Below the pieces are notes generated by a model. The model made no database searches and was not told where the DNA came from. It saw only the letters and a program-made list of their open reading frames with translations. From positions 1 through 54,722 of the IMG/VR virus record IMGVR_UViG_3300017751_000022: a stretch of 54,722 bases of DNA; one strand, written 5' to 3'. Positions 1 to 8,921 of the stretch are shown here, piece by piece. The translations under genes and the position numbers were made by a program. Positions within the stretch are counted from its first letter, which is position 1. Each line of letters starts with the position of its first letter. Source of the DNA: a virus. Lineage: Duplodnaviria > Caudoviricetes.

Positions 1-881
1 ACTGCATCTTCTAATTTATTGTCTGTGTTTGTCACGACTGTTCTATAATTTTCGTATAAGTCGTCAACAACTTGTATGCCGGTTGTAAACCTTTCGTTAC
101 TATATTCAAATAATTCACACTTAAGATCATATGTTTGTAATGATCCCATTTGATAGAATATTGCTTCGTGTTCAACATGCATAATTTTAAATATTTTGTT
201 GTTTAAAGGGAAGTAAATCAAATCACCTTCAAGCGGTCTAACTCGTTGATCAGTTACATTAAACGCAATATCTTGCTCCCATGTTCTCATGGCAACAGTG
301 AGTGTCATCGAATCACGAATTTGTAACCCGAACTTAGAAAGGAAATCACCTTCACCTTCGAACCCATCAACATTTTTGACGTACATTTCAATTTCATATG
401 CAGACGTGTAAGCAGGTAAATCATCTTCATTCAATAGATCATCATATCCGCTATCAACAAATTGCAATTGTCCTGTGTTAGTATCTACTACTGATTGAAT
501 TGTTACTACGGGAGGATTATTTTCATCGTAACCTGATCCGCCTTCGGTGATGTTTATTCCTGATACGACACCGTTTGTAAGCGATATTATTCCTTCAGCG
601 GTTGTTCCTGAACCTGGCGCACTAAAAATGACAGTCGGAACACTTAAATATCCGAACCCTCTGTTCAAGAAAGATATTCCCGTTATTGCCCCACCGGTAA
701 TATCGCTAGCATTGACAACAGCGTTTGCTGACTCTCTAGGGGTCGCAATCTTTACTTGTTTTTCTCTAGGTATGTAAAAGCAATCTATTCCGAAGATTTT
801 TATCGACTCGACAACAAGGTCTTCAATGAGAGACTGCTCCATCGAGTTTTCATAGTTTTCGAAATAATAATTTTTAGCCAT
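1..881 (-). CDS. gp14: T4-like neck protein gp14 (3' end runs off the window; absent from the ORF track)
   Basis: Manual translation from ATG at 881: MAKNYYFENYENSMEQSLIEDLVVESIKIFGIDCFYIPRE...AYEIEMYVKNVDGFEGEGDFLSKFGLQIRD...RPLEGDLIYFPLNNKIFKIMHVEHEAIFYQMGSLQTYDLKCELFEYSNERF. These are gp14 motifs, and the gene directly follows gp13. Confidence 0.93.
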   Translation of the reverse strand, partial: MAKNYYFENYENSMEQSLIEDLVVESIKIFGIDCFYIPREKQVKIATPRESANAVVNASDITGGAITGISFLNRGFGYLSVPTVIFSAPGSGTTAEGIISLTNGVVSGINITEGGSGYDENNPPVVTIQSVVDTNTGQLQFVDSGYDDLLNEDDLPAYTSAYEIEMYVKNVDGFEGEGDFLSKFGLQIRDSMTLTVAMRTWEQDIAFNVTDQRVRPLEGDLIYFPLNNKIFKIMHVEHEAIFYQMGSLQTYDLKCELFEYSNERFTTGIQVVDDLYENYRTVVTNTDNKLEDA

Positions 882-885
882 GAAG

Positions 886-1911
886 CTATCCTATCATGTC
901 CATAACGGGCAAAGAGTATGAAGTAATCATATCCTCTTCCAATCGTTGTATTTCCTCTCTAGCATCGTTTAAAATTTGTTCGCCGTTAAACTGCACATTA
1001 CCGGGTAATGACATGCCATTAAATTTAGTGAGGTTTGAACCCCATTGATACTTGATCTTCGCTGATGCATAGTTTTGCAGCCATCGATCTTTCCACACAT
1101 CTTGATATACATCAGGATCAACGATCTTGTATGCTTCAACAACAATATGTTGTCCGACCTGTAATCTATCCCATTTTGTATCTAGCATAATTCGATTTAT
1201 ATGTCGATTATATCTCATAGGCGTCATACCAACAAGCAACTCTTCCATGAACTGCAGATTTTGCATTGACATATAAAAATGTGCCAAATTGTAGTTGACA
1301 ATATCGTGTAAGTTGTTTAGAACAAATTGATATTGAACATTAAACATACCTGAACCAGCAGTGATATTAGATCCTAACTCAAAAACCTTAACTGCGCCAA
1401 TGATGTTTTCCGGCACATCGATATATTGTAATTCTATTGAGTTTTGAAATCTGCTAACAATACTTGCGGCAGGATAATTGCCGCCTGTTGCAAGTTTAGC
1501 TGTGAAAGTATCGCTTGTCACGTATCCGCTTTCGCTAAATGTTCCTTTAGTCGGTTTAGCAAAGAATAACTTTCCTTCAGATGCATCTATTTTAGCAATA
1601 GTTGCAGTTGCACTGCCTTCTTCTTGTCCCGCCAAAGATCCTGATACTTCTCTTAAGACATCGCCGACTTTAAATGCTGGGTCATTAGGATCAGCTAAAT
1701 ACGCTGTGCTGACCTGCACATAAGAATATTGTATCTCATGTTTAAAATATGTTCTTTCTGCACCATCGAAATGATAATCCCAATAATAAGACAATGCCTC
1801 TTCAACACGATCATCAACTTGATCCTGGTCAACATTAATCTCAATGACTGGTTTACCTAGTTTCCTGAGGCACCACTCTTTGAATTCTTTTTTAGTTGTT
1901 GGCTGTGCCAT
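886..1911 (-). CDS. gp13: T4-like neck protein gp13
   Basis: CLRKLGKPVIEINVDQDQVDDRVEEAL..YHFDG at the N-terminus; WLQNYASAKIKYQWGSNLTKFNGMSLPGNVQFNGEQI at the C-terminus; GGAG SD upstream. Confidence 0.95.
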   Translation of the reverse strand: MAQPTTKKEFKEWCLRKLGKPVIEINVDQDQVDDRVEEALSYYWDYHFDGAERTYFKHEIQYSYVQVSTAYLADPNDPAFKVGDVLREVSGSLAGQEEGSATATIAKIDASEGKLFFAKPTKGTFSESGYVTSDTFTAKLATGGNYPAASIVSRFQNSIELQYIDVPENIIGAVKVFELGSNITAGSGMFNVQYQFVLNNLHDIVNYNLAHFYMSMQNLQFMEELLVGMTPMRYNRHINRIMLDTKWDRLQVGQHIVVEAYKIVDPDVYQDVWKDRWLQNYASAKIKYQWGSNLTKFNGMSLPGNVQFNGEQILNDAREEIQRLEEDMITSYSLPVMDMIG

Positions 1912-1926
1912 TATTGTCTCCGATTA

Positions 1927-2481
1927 TTATGACCAAGTGGCCAAATTGAGTTCTACACGCTTCCATGTATTCGCTGCAGTACAAACATAAATGTATGAAT
2001 CGTCAACTCTAATTTCGCCTACTGCTCCAGTAGTTGAATTAGTTGCAGGTGCAGTTGCGTTTAAGTTGATGCTCCCTGTTACAGTACCTGACATAAATGC
2101 ATCTCCGTCAATCCAACAATTGCCAGTTACTTGTAATATGTCAGTTGTCGCATTTGCACCTATATTTGAATACTGTGTTGCGGTAGTAGCTTGATATTTT
2201 CCTATCACTACTTGTCCGTTGTAAGGTGCTAATCTTACTAAACCTAAATCATCAACATCAATATTAGGAATACCAGAAACATCGTTTGCAGAAAATAGTG
2301 TTCCTGTTAAATCATTAGTGATAGAAAACAATGTGCCTGAAGTTCCTTCAAAAGATAAAGAACCGTCATCAAGCGTCCTAATGCGTACAGGTGTGTTCGA
2401 TGACCCAGTAAACTCTAATGTAGGATCTCCTGTGGTACCTTTTGCGCCAGTAACTGTAATATTTTTATCAGAATTTGCCAT
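1927..2481 (-). CDS. Short fibre-like virion protein (184 aa)
   Basis: LSFEGTSGTLFSITNDLTGTLFSANDVSGIP motif and C-terminal GEIRVDDSYIYVCTAANTWKRV motif, both typical of marine T4-like fibre proteins; preceded by a late promoter. Confidence 0.65.
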   Translation of the reverse strand: MANSDKNITVTGAKGTTGDPTLEFTGSSNTPVRIRTLDDGSLSFEGTSGTLFSITNDLTGTLFSANDVSGIPNIDVDDLGLVRLAPYNGQVVIGKYQATTATQYSNIGANATTDILQVTGNCWIDGDAFMSGTVTGSINLNATAPATNSTTGAVGEIRVDDSYIYVCTAANTWKRVELNLATWS

Positions 2482-2509
2482 GTTACGCTCTTAAATTAGT
2501 TTATTTTAG

Positions 2510-2517
2510 TATTTATA
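2510..2517 (-). promoter_or_regulatory. T4-type late promoter TATAAATA
   Basis: Plus strand reads tatttata, i.e. TATAAATA on minus; overlaps the upstream TAA stop and lies ~30 nt before the 184-aa ORF start. Confidence 0.8.
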
Positions 2518-3454
2518 TAATAGGTTTCATCCCGTTATATACATTTTTTATTTCACTATCAGTCAATCTACAATCCCAATGAACTATAGGTCCTATTTGT
2601 CCTTGAAAGGACACTTTAGGGGGATCATTACCTTGGTCTTCTTGAGCACCTATAGAATTTATCATAAAAACTCTTTCATTCAATGGTCTCGGGTTCCCGC
2701 CACTGTCTGTTGTCAAATTTCTTTGATAATCTGATACAATTTTTTCTCCGTTGTACCACACATCATGAGATGTATTTGTTTGCCCTTGTGGTTTATTTCC
2801 TGTTATGATAATTTGAGCCCATTCACCTGGTGCATGTAATTTCTCTCCCGCTTGAGTATTAGCCGATGGTGGGTCATCATATGGATGAAATCGAGGAAGA
2901 GGCCCAGTAGACGTGTCAATATATGAAATTTCAACAGACTTATTAGTAGTTGGCCTGCCTGCAGGATTTGAAGTCGTCGAGCCTGTCACACTTATCATAC
3001 TGTGATACTCGTTATACGGGGCAGCACCAACGCTGTTACTGAATACACCAAAAATGGGCATGCTACCTTGAAGTGCTGATGAATATTCATTAGCCGTAAC
3101 AAAACCTGTTTTTGCTTGGAACCAAAAACTAAATGTGCATCCTATCTCTGTTTGAAAATCTAAATACAAACCATCATCTGAATTTGAAGGATCTTGTTCA
3201 TCAAATTCTGCGTGATATTCACACCCACGAAGCGCCACATCATTAAAATCAGGAATAGGAAAATTTAAATACCCACCCTGCTTCAAAATAGAATTAGTCG
3301 TTACTGTTCCGTGGTTCGAACCAAAAAGGTCGTAAAATCGAGTTCCGCTATACGAGTAGTTGTCGTATTCTGGATTACTTCGATTATTCCTAGGATCGTA
3401 GTAGTGCTTCACTTTATCAAATTGAGGCAATGTAAATCCGACAGAAACGCCCAT
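2513..3454 (-). CDS. LamG/concanavalin A-like lectin-fold protein (313 aa)
   Basis: HYYDPRNNRS..YSGTRFYDLFGSNHGT, CTFSFWF, WAQIIIT, VWYNG, FQGQIGPIVHWDCRLTDSEIKNVYNG match the phage Laminin_G_3 pattern. Confidence 0.7.
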   Translation of the reverse strand: MGVSVGFTLPQFDKVKHYYDPRNNRSNPEYDNYSYSGTRFYDLFGSNHGTVTTNSILKQGGYLNFPIPDFNDVALRGCEYHAEFDEQDPSNSDDGLYLDFQTEIGCTFSFWFQAKTGFVTANEYSSALQGSMPIFGVFSNSVGAAPYNEYHSMISVTGSTTSNPAGRPTTNKSVEISYIDTSTGPLPRFHPYDDPPSANTQAGEKLHAPGEWAQIIITGNKPQGQTNTSHDVWYNGEKIVSDYQRNLTTDSGGNPRPLNERVFMINSIGAQEDQGNDPPKVSFQGQIGPIVHWDCRLTDSEIKNVYNGMKPII

Positions 3455-3455
3455 A

Positions 3456-4724
3456 TTAACTCCCTTGTTGATCGAAATAATATTTAAACGCTTGATATGC
3501 AGCTTGTATTTCGCTACCAGTCAACGCTTTTTGCCAAACTGCAATAGGACCAATTTTTCCTCTAAACCCTGCATAGTTGCTGGAATTCCCGCTCACAGGC
3601 TGACCTATATCAGTAAAGTTTACAGAGTGGGCCAATTGAGCGCCAGAATGATGAACCACTCCATCAATATAAAACGCCATATTCCATCCTCCGCCAGGTC
3701 TGTAATACCCTCTTGTGCGTTCATGAGACCTCTCATCCTCAACTTCAGTTCCATCGTACTGAGAGAAGGATAAAGTAGTAACACCCAAACCGTTGTTCTG
3801 TTCGTTATCAAAATGTTCGAACGCCCCTGAACTGAAAGTCACCCAGTCACCTGAGACATATGTACCATCTGGGGTTGTGTCGTTCCAATATTGCCGATTG
3901 ATCGCACTTCTCGCTCCAGATCTTGCACATCTAACATAAGTTAGACAATACCACTGATTATAATTAAAAGTTGCTTGTGGTTGAAGTGTATCAGCAGGAT
4001 CTCGAGTATTACTCGTATGATACGGTCCTAGGACGTTCACTTGTATTGAACAATCACCTATCAATCTAAATTGATTGTTTCCAATATCTACAAATTTTAG
4101 TGTGCGATGCCCATATTCCGGGTCACCTTGAGAAGAACCCTCAGGAATGCCGCTTGCCACATAAAAGGGTCTTGAAGACCCATTTAACTCGTCTGACACC
4201 CACACCCACATCATAAATGAACTTTCTTTCGGAACCAACCCTACCTGACAATCCTGATTATACTCGGATACGAATTCAGTTTTTGAAAATTGGCAAAGTA
4301 TATCAATATGATCTATATCATGATCATGTGCAACAAACTTGTCATACCCAAATGCAGATCCAGCTATTGTATTAGAAGACGCAACCAATTTATCTTGTCT
4401 TAATTGAGATGTACTGTAATCATTATCAACACTTAAATCATGATATTGTTCAGGTGAAGTAGATGTTAATCCAAAATCAAAATATCCTTCACTTGCTGCC
4501 CTAGAAGTCATTAATGATGTTGCGGCTGCTACGCCGGGCGCAGAATTCCCAGGCTGAATAGTGTATGATTGATTAGATAAAGTAGGATCAACATCAGTAT
4601 TTGCTTTATCAACAAGATTATTTGCAGTAGTAGCAGAAACAGATGCATCAAAACATTTATTGTTTTTGGGGTCAATAAATAACCTTAGTCCTTCTTTTGG
4701 AAAATATTTAAATGTTGATGTCAT
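3456..4724 (-). CDS. LamG/concanavalin A-like lectin-fold protein (422 aa)
   Basis: GLRLFIDPKNNKC, SFMMWVW, NQWYCLTYV, FYIDG, FRGKIGPIAVWQKALTGSEIQAAYQAFK. Confidence 0.72.
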   Translation of the reverse strand: MTSTFKYFPKEGLRLFIDPKNNKCFDASVSATTANNLVDKANTDVDPTLSNQSYTIQPGNSAPGVAAATSLMTSRAASEGYFDFGLTSTSPEQYHDLSVDNDYSTSQLRQDKLVASSNTIAGSAFGYDKFVAHDHDIDHIDILCQFSKTEFVSEYNQDCQVGLVPKESSFMMWVWVSDELNGSSRPFYVASGIPEGSSQGDPEYGHRTLKFVDIGNNQFRLIGDCSIQVNVLGPYHTSNTRDPADTLQPQATFNYNQWYCLTYVRCARSGARSAINRQYWNDTTPDGTYVSGDWVTFSSGAFEHFDNEQNNGLGVTTLSFSQYDGTEVEDERSHERTRGYYRPGGGWNMAFYIDGVVHHSGAQLAHSVNFTDIGQPVSGNSSNYAGFRGKIGPIAVWQKALTGSEIQAAYQAFKYYFDQQGS

Positions 4725-4736
4725 GATTAATTATCC

Positions 4737-7700
4737 TTACACAAAACAATAAAGTCGTATATTTTGATCATTACGGGTTCCCCATCTTTCATCACCGTTC
4801 GTAAAATTACCACCTGGATTATCACTGGCATTAAAGTTTGCAACGCCATACAAGTCATCTTGATCGATATTGCCGTTAGATTGACTTGTCCAGATAGTTT
4901 GACTGTTACCTGCATAAAATCCGTCTAAAATTACACCCCACACTCCATCATCATTCGAAAATTTAGTAGCACTATAATATCCTTTAGAATTTGGTTTAGA
5001 ATTTCCGCTAAAAATCCAACTATTTAATCCAGCGTTTGATTGTGTATACACATTGGGACTTTCAACGGAACTTGTATTTGTATCATGAACCTTTGATATG
5101 ATACCAAATGACCTATTGACAAAGCTAGTGGTGCTACTATATGACCAAATGGTGGAACTATTCAAATTTCCGTTTGCTGTAAACATTTCTGACAAAGTTC
5201 CGGGTTGTTGCAAGCGATCAGGAACATTAGCAGGGAAACATACAAATATTACTCCTAATAAAGTTGTACCTGAATATGCGACATACCCCAAATACGGCAA
5301 CCCATTAAATGTGCCATCAGTAAATCCGCTCAAAGTTTTTAATCCTATTTCATTGTCAAAATATGCTTTCCAGAATCCCGGTGCAGTTAGATGCGTTGAG
5401 CCAACATTATTACTTGTTAAACTCTCCGCTGAATCGCCTCTACCTACAACAGCAAAAACCCTAGGATTATGTGAAATACCTGCCGAATCATCAAAAGTAA
5501 CATCTTCCTGCAAAGCTTGAACAATTGTTGATATATCGTTTGAAGTTCCGTCTAAAGAGTCAGATATGTCGTCAAGTGCATCAACGACAAGTTGATACGG
5601 TTCAGTTACTTCAGGTCCGTCACCCTGTCCACCGCCGCCAGTAACAGCACCCTCACCTGCAACATTTTCAGCACCATCAACAACAACAGTAACAGTTTTT
5701 GTAATATCATCCTCACCCGCCTTTGATGCAACTATGTTCACTGTATATAATCCAATGCGAGGTTCAATTGCTGGCGGATTTTCAATTAAGGTTAATACGC
5801 CTGTACTTGAATTTATATAAAACTTAGATGAATTGTAAATATTTTCTAATGCAAATGATGCATTTGCTAAATTTACTGTAGCGGTGTAAACGGGTCGATG
5901 GGCTCCAGAAAGTGGTTGAATTGTTACTGAATCAGGTGATGTGAATGCAAAACCCTGTACCGTACCTGTACCCTTTCCTACAAGATTATTATCATCAACC
6001 ATAGAATCTATAGGACTTTCATAATTTTGATTTTCGGGTACATATTTAGGTTTTTGTGAACTATATATTTGTTTAATTTCACTGGCAGAAAGCGCCGTAT
6101 ATTTGTACAGCATTGTTGCACCTAAACATGCAGGAAAAACCCTTTCAAATTCTTTTGAATAATCCAATTGCCCGTCTATTTCTCCCCTAAGGCCATTTCC
6201 GCTTAGATTATTTGCCGGTATTCCGCCTTCGGCACCTATAAACCATCTTGTTCTCCTAGTAGTGTAAGCGCCAATAGAGCAGCCTTCACTGGTGTCGCAT
6301 CCGACATTGAAGGAAGTGTTGCTTACATTCGTGAGTCTATTAAATGTGTGCTCAAGATTTCCGTCAATGTATAATTTTACATATGAATCTTCTCGACCAA
6401 AATCAAGAGATACGGCGATATGATGCCACTTATAATCTCCCCCTCTTGATATTTTAGGTCCTTTACACAGCAATACTGGCGACCAGGTTGAACCATCGGT
6501 TCCGCCAGACTGACCAAAATCTGTGTCTGATGCGTACCACCCGTCTCTGAGTTGGATTTTAAAATAAATATAAATTTGACCTGTTCCCCAAATGCCGACC
6601 TCAAAATATTCATTCGATAGGATAGGATTTCTCGCTTCATCTGCATCAGAATATGATGAAGTAATAGGATCCCATAACCCATACCCATTACTGTCAGTAA
6701 ATTTTGCTCCGTTCAAAGCATAGTTCGGTTCCCATGGGCCCGGCGTTGTGGTCCCAGTAAATTGATTAACATTCGATTCATTTAATCTAGGAAAAACAAA
6801 CGGATCAAGTTCTTTAAACCAGGTACTAAAAGTCAACTTGTCATAGCTATAGGGAAACGCAGACTGTGAAGTGCCAGAGCCAACTGCCGCATCAGCTGAA
6901 ACTGTAAAATTGTTCATTGGCAGCATTATTCTTCCAGGAAATGTATGATTTTTTGTTTTTACTGGAGGATATTCAATGTCTAACTCTTTGTAAATTAATA
7001 AAGTAAACTCTTGCGTTGCATCAACATGATCCATATATGTGTATTTAGGGTTTGTGTACAATAAATTCCAACTACTATACACATGCGATCCGTCACCAAG
7101 ATTAGCTCTATCAGAATTGGTCTTTGGAGTCGGGAATTTCTTTCCTAAAACTCCTCGACTAAACATTCTAACCATCTCTCCTTCAGAATCATAAACATAG
7201 ACATAATAACCCGTTGAGGTATCATCAAAACTAAAATCTGATGGGTTTAAGTAAATTGTTTCTTCATTCCAACCTTTACTGTGGGAATATGCCTCAGAGC
7301 TTGTTGTTCCATAATCTATTTCGCCGTCAAACAGTGCTTCTTGATAAGTATTACCTAGAACTGCAAACTTTCCTTGGGTTACTTTTTCACTAATTCCACC
7401 AGATGTCCAGTTTGTGTCTGCATTGTTAGTATATGTTGCTTGACCAAAGAGTCTAGCTGTCCCTCCTGCACCAGCGGGCTGCGCAGCTCTCCATGTTGAT
7501 CTGATTGTTGCAGTTGATTCATATGTCACAGTCAAAACCGTGCAATCTCCTATAGGTTGCAACGGAAGTTCTGGAGAATGGCCCTCACCTAATGAAAACG
7601 GGGAATCATACTCTGCCCCGCCAGCGTAATCTAAGTAAACGGGATCGTTATAAGATGCTTGCTTTAGCGGGCGTATAACTTCTATATTGAACCGGTCAGA

Positions 7701-8921
7701 TGAGTATCGATCATTATCCGGACTTTCAAATAAAACAGGTCCAATTTCTTTGTCATATAAAGGCCAAAAGAATGTGCGTGGGTTATAACCACCAATATTA
7801 GGTTCTTGCCAATGTTTGTACCACCCTTTAGATCTATTATCATAAGTAAATGGAATATTCATACCAGTCATAGGCGATAATGTGAAATGAGTATCATCAG
7901 TATCGTATACCGGATCATCGCCAGATTGCTTTCCGCCCTTCAATCTTTTACTGGTCATACCTTGAAAGATAGAATTATTTTGAAAATTCCGTGTTTCTTG
8001 AAAATAGGCGCTGCCAGTTTCATCAACCTCTTGTGTCTTATCTTCCTCGTTATCGGCAACATTGCCCATGGAATAATTTCTGTTTTCGACTGTGGATGAC
8101 GTAGTACCCCATTCTAATCTTGCTATAGGATTGCTATTCCTTGTACCCCCACATGCGTGATTAGCATAAAATATTTCAAGGGGGTAAATGCCGCCGCCGT
8201 CATTTCCTTTAGGAAGAAATGCCCACTTTTTATCAACTTCCCATAAAGGATGCTCTACAGGAAACCGGGTAATGCCACCAGCACCGGAAGCAGTGTATAG
8301 GGTTTGCGTTTCATAATTATCCCAGATTTGACCGGAAGAATAGTTTGGGTAAAAGCCCCTGCCAGAAACATCTGAGAACCCGGCAGAACCAAATCCGCCA
8401 TTATAAATGCTGTTTACCATACTTGAAATTACGGTTATAACTGAATTTTGAGTTTCAATCATACTTTGCGGTTCGTATTTCAAAGAATATTTTTGTGGGC
8501 CCACAGGGGCAAGAAATGGCGGTGTTTTTTCACGCCTAACAGTTGGCGTGTCATCGTTATGTGAGGTGAAGTCATTAGTCGTGTCAACTGTCTCATCAAT
8601 TGAACCTTGTTCAGTGCCCTCTGCTTGAATATTATAGGTAGTGCGAACCATGTGATGACCGTTAACTGACAAGTCACGCAATCCTGCCTGCTTTTTGACA
8701 TAAGATGATATTGAGGACGTCTTTTCATCGAGTTTTACGATGTACCCTTCATAACCTTTATCGAAATCACTATAAGTAAAATCTTGTGAATAACTAACGC
8801 CAGCATCATTAGTCTTATTATCAAATGTTTTCCAATTGATACATTTGGGATTACAGGGATCAAAATAAAATTCTAAATACTCTAATTTTGGAGGTGTCTT
8901 TGACCTATATATTTGACCCAT
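4737..8921 (-). CDS. Large LamG-like plus cadherin/Ig-like virion protein (1394 aa)
   Basis: LEFYFDPCNPKC..LRDLSVNGHH, then LTFSTWFK, KWHHIAVS, KLYIDG, ALSASEIKQIY. A cadherin-like segment (FTSPDSVTI..FYINSSTGVLTL..YTVNIVAS..KTVTVVV) lies at ~5675-5950. Confidence 0.65.
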   Translation of the reverse strand: MGQIYRSKTPPKLEYLEFYFDPCNPKCINWKTFDNKTNDAGVSYSQDFTYSDFDKGYEGYIVKLDEKTSSISSYVKKQAGLRDLSVNGHHMVRTTYNIQAEGTEQGSIDETVDTTNDFTSHNDDTPTVRREKTPPFLAPVGPQKYSLKYEPQSMIETQNSVITVISSMVNSIYNGGFGSAGFSDVSGRGFYPNYSSGQIWDNYETQTLYTASGAGGITRFPVEHPLWEVDKKWAFLPKGNDGGGIYPLEIFYANHACGGTRNSNPIARLEWGTTSSTVENRNYSMGNVADNEEDKTQEVDETGSAYFQETRNFQNNSIFQGMTSKRLKGGKQSGDDPVYDTDDTHFTLSPMTGMNIPFTYDNRSKGWYKHWQEPNIGGYNPRTFFWPLYDKEIGPVLFESPDNDRYSSDRFNIEVIRPLKQASYNDPVYLDYAGGAEYDSPFSLGEGHSPELPLQPIGDCTVLTVTYESTATIRSTWRAAQPAGAGGTARLFGQATYTNNADTNWTSGGISEKVTQGKFAVLGNTYQEALFDGEIDYGTTSSEAYSHSKGWNEETIYLNPSDFSFDDTSTGYYVYVYDSEGEMVRMFSRGVLGKKFPTPKTNSDRANLGDGSHVYSSWNLLYTNPKYTYMDHVDATQEFTLLIYKELDIEYPPVKTKNHTFPGRIMLPMNNFTVSADAAVGSGTSQSAFPYSYDKLTFSTWFKELDPFVFPRLNESNVNQFTGTTTPGPWEPNYALNGAKFTDSNGYGLWDPITSSYSDADEARNPILSNEYFEVGIWGTGQIYIYFKIQLRDGWYASDTDFGQSGGTDGSTWSPVLLCKGPKISRGGDYKWHHIAVSLDFGREDSYVKLYIDGNLEHTFNRLTNVSNTSFNVGCDTSEGCSIGAYTTRRTRWFIGAEGGIPANNLSGNGLRGEIDGQLDYSKEFERVFPACLGATMLYKYTALSASEIKQIYSSQKPKYVPENQNYESPIDSMVDDNNLVGKGTGTVQGFAFTSPDSVTIQPLSGAHRPVYTATVNLANASFALENIYNSSKFYINSSTGVLTLIENPPAIEPRIGLYTVNIVASKAGEDDITKTVTVVVDGAENVAGEGAVTGGGGQGDGPEVTEPYQLVVDALDDISDSLDGTSNDISTIVQALQEDVTFDDSAGISHNPRVFAVVGRGDSAESLTSNNVGSTHLTAPGFWKAYFDNEIGLKTLSGFTDGTFNGLPYLGYVAYSGTTLLGVIFVCFPANVPDRLQQPGTLSEMFTANGNLNSSTIWSYSSTTSFVNRSFGIISKVHDTNTSSVESPNVYTQSNAGLNSWIFSGNSKPNSKGYYSATKFSNDDGVWGVILDGFYAGNSQTIWTSQSNGNIDQDDLYGVANFNASDNPGGNFTNGDERWGTRNDQNIRLYCFV

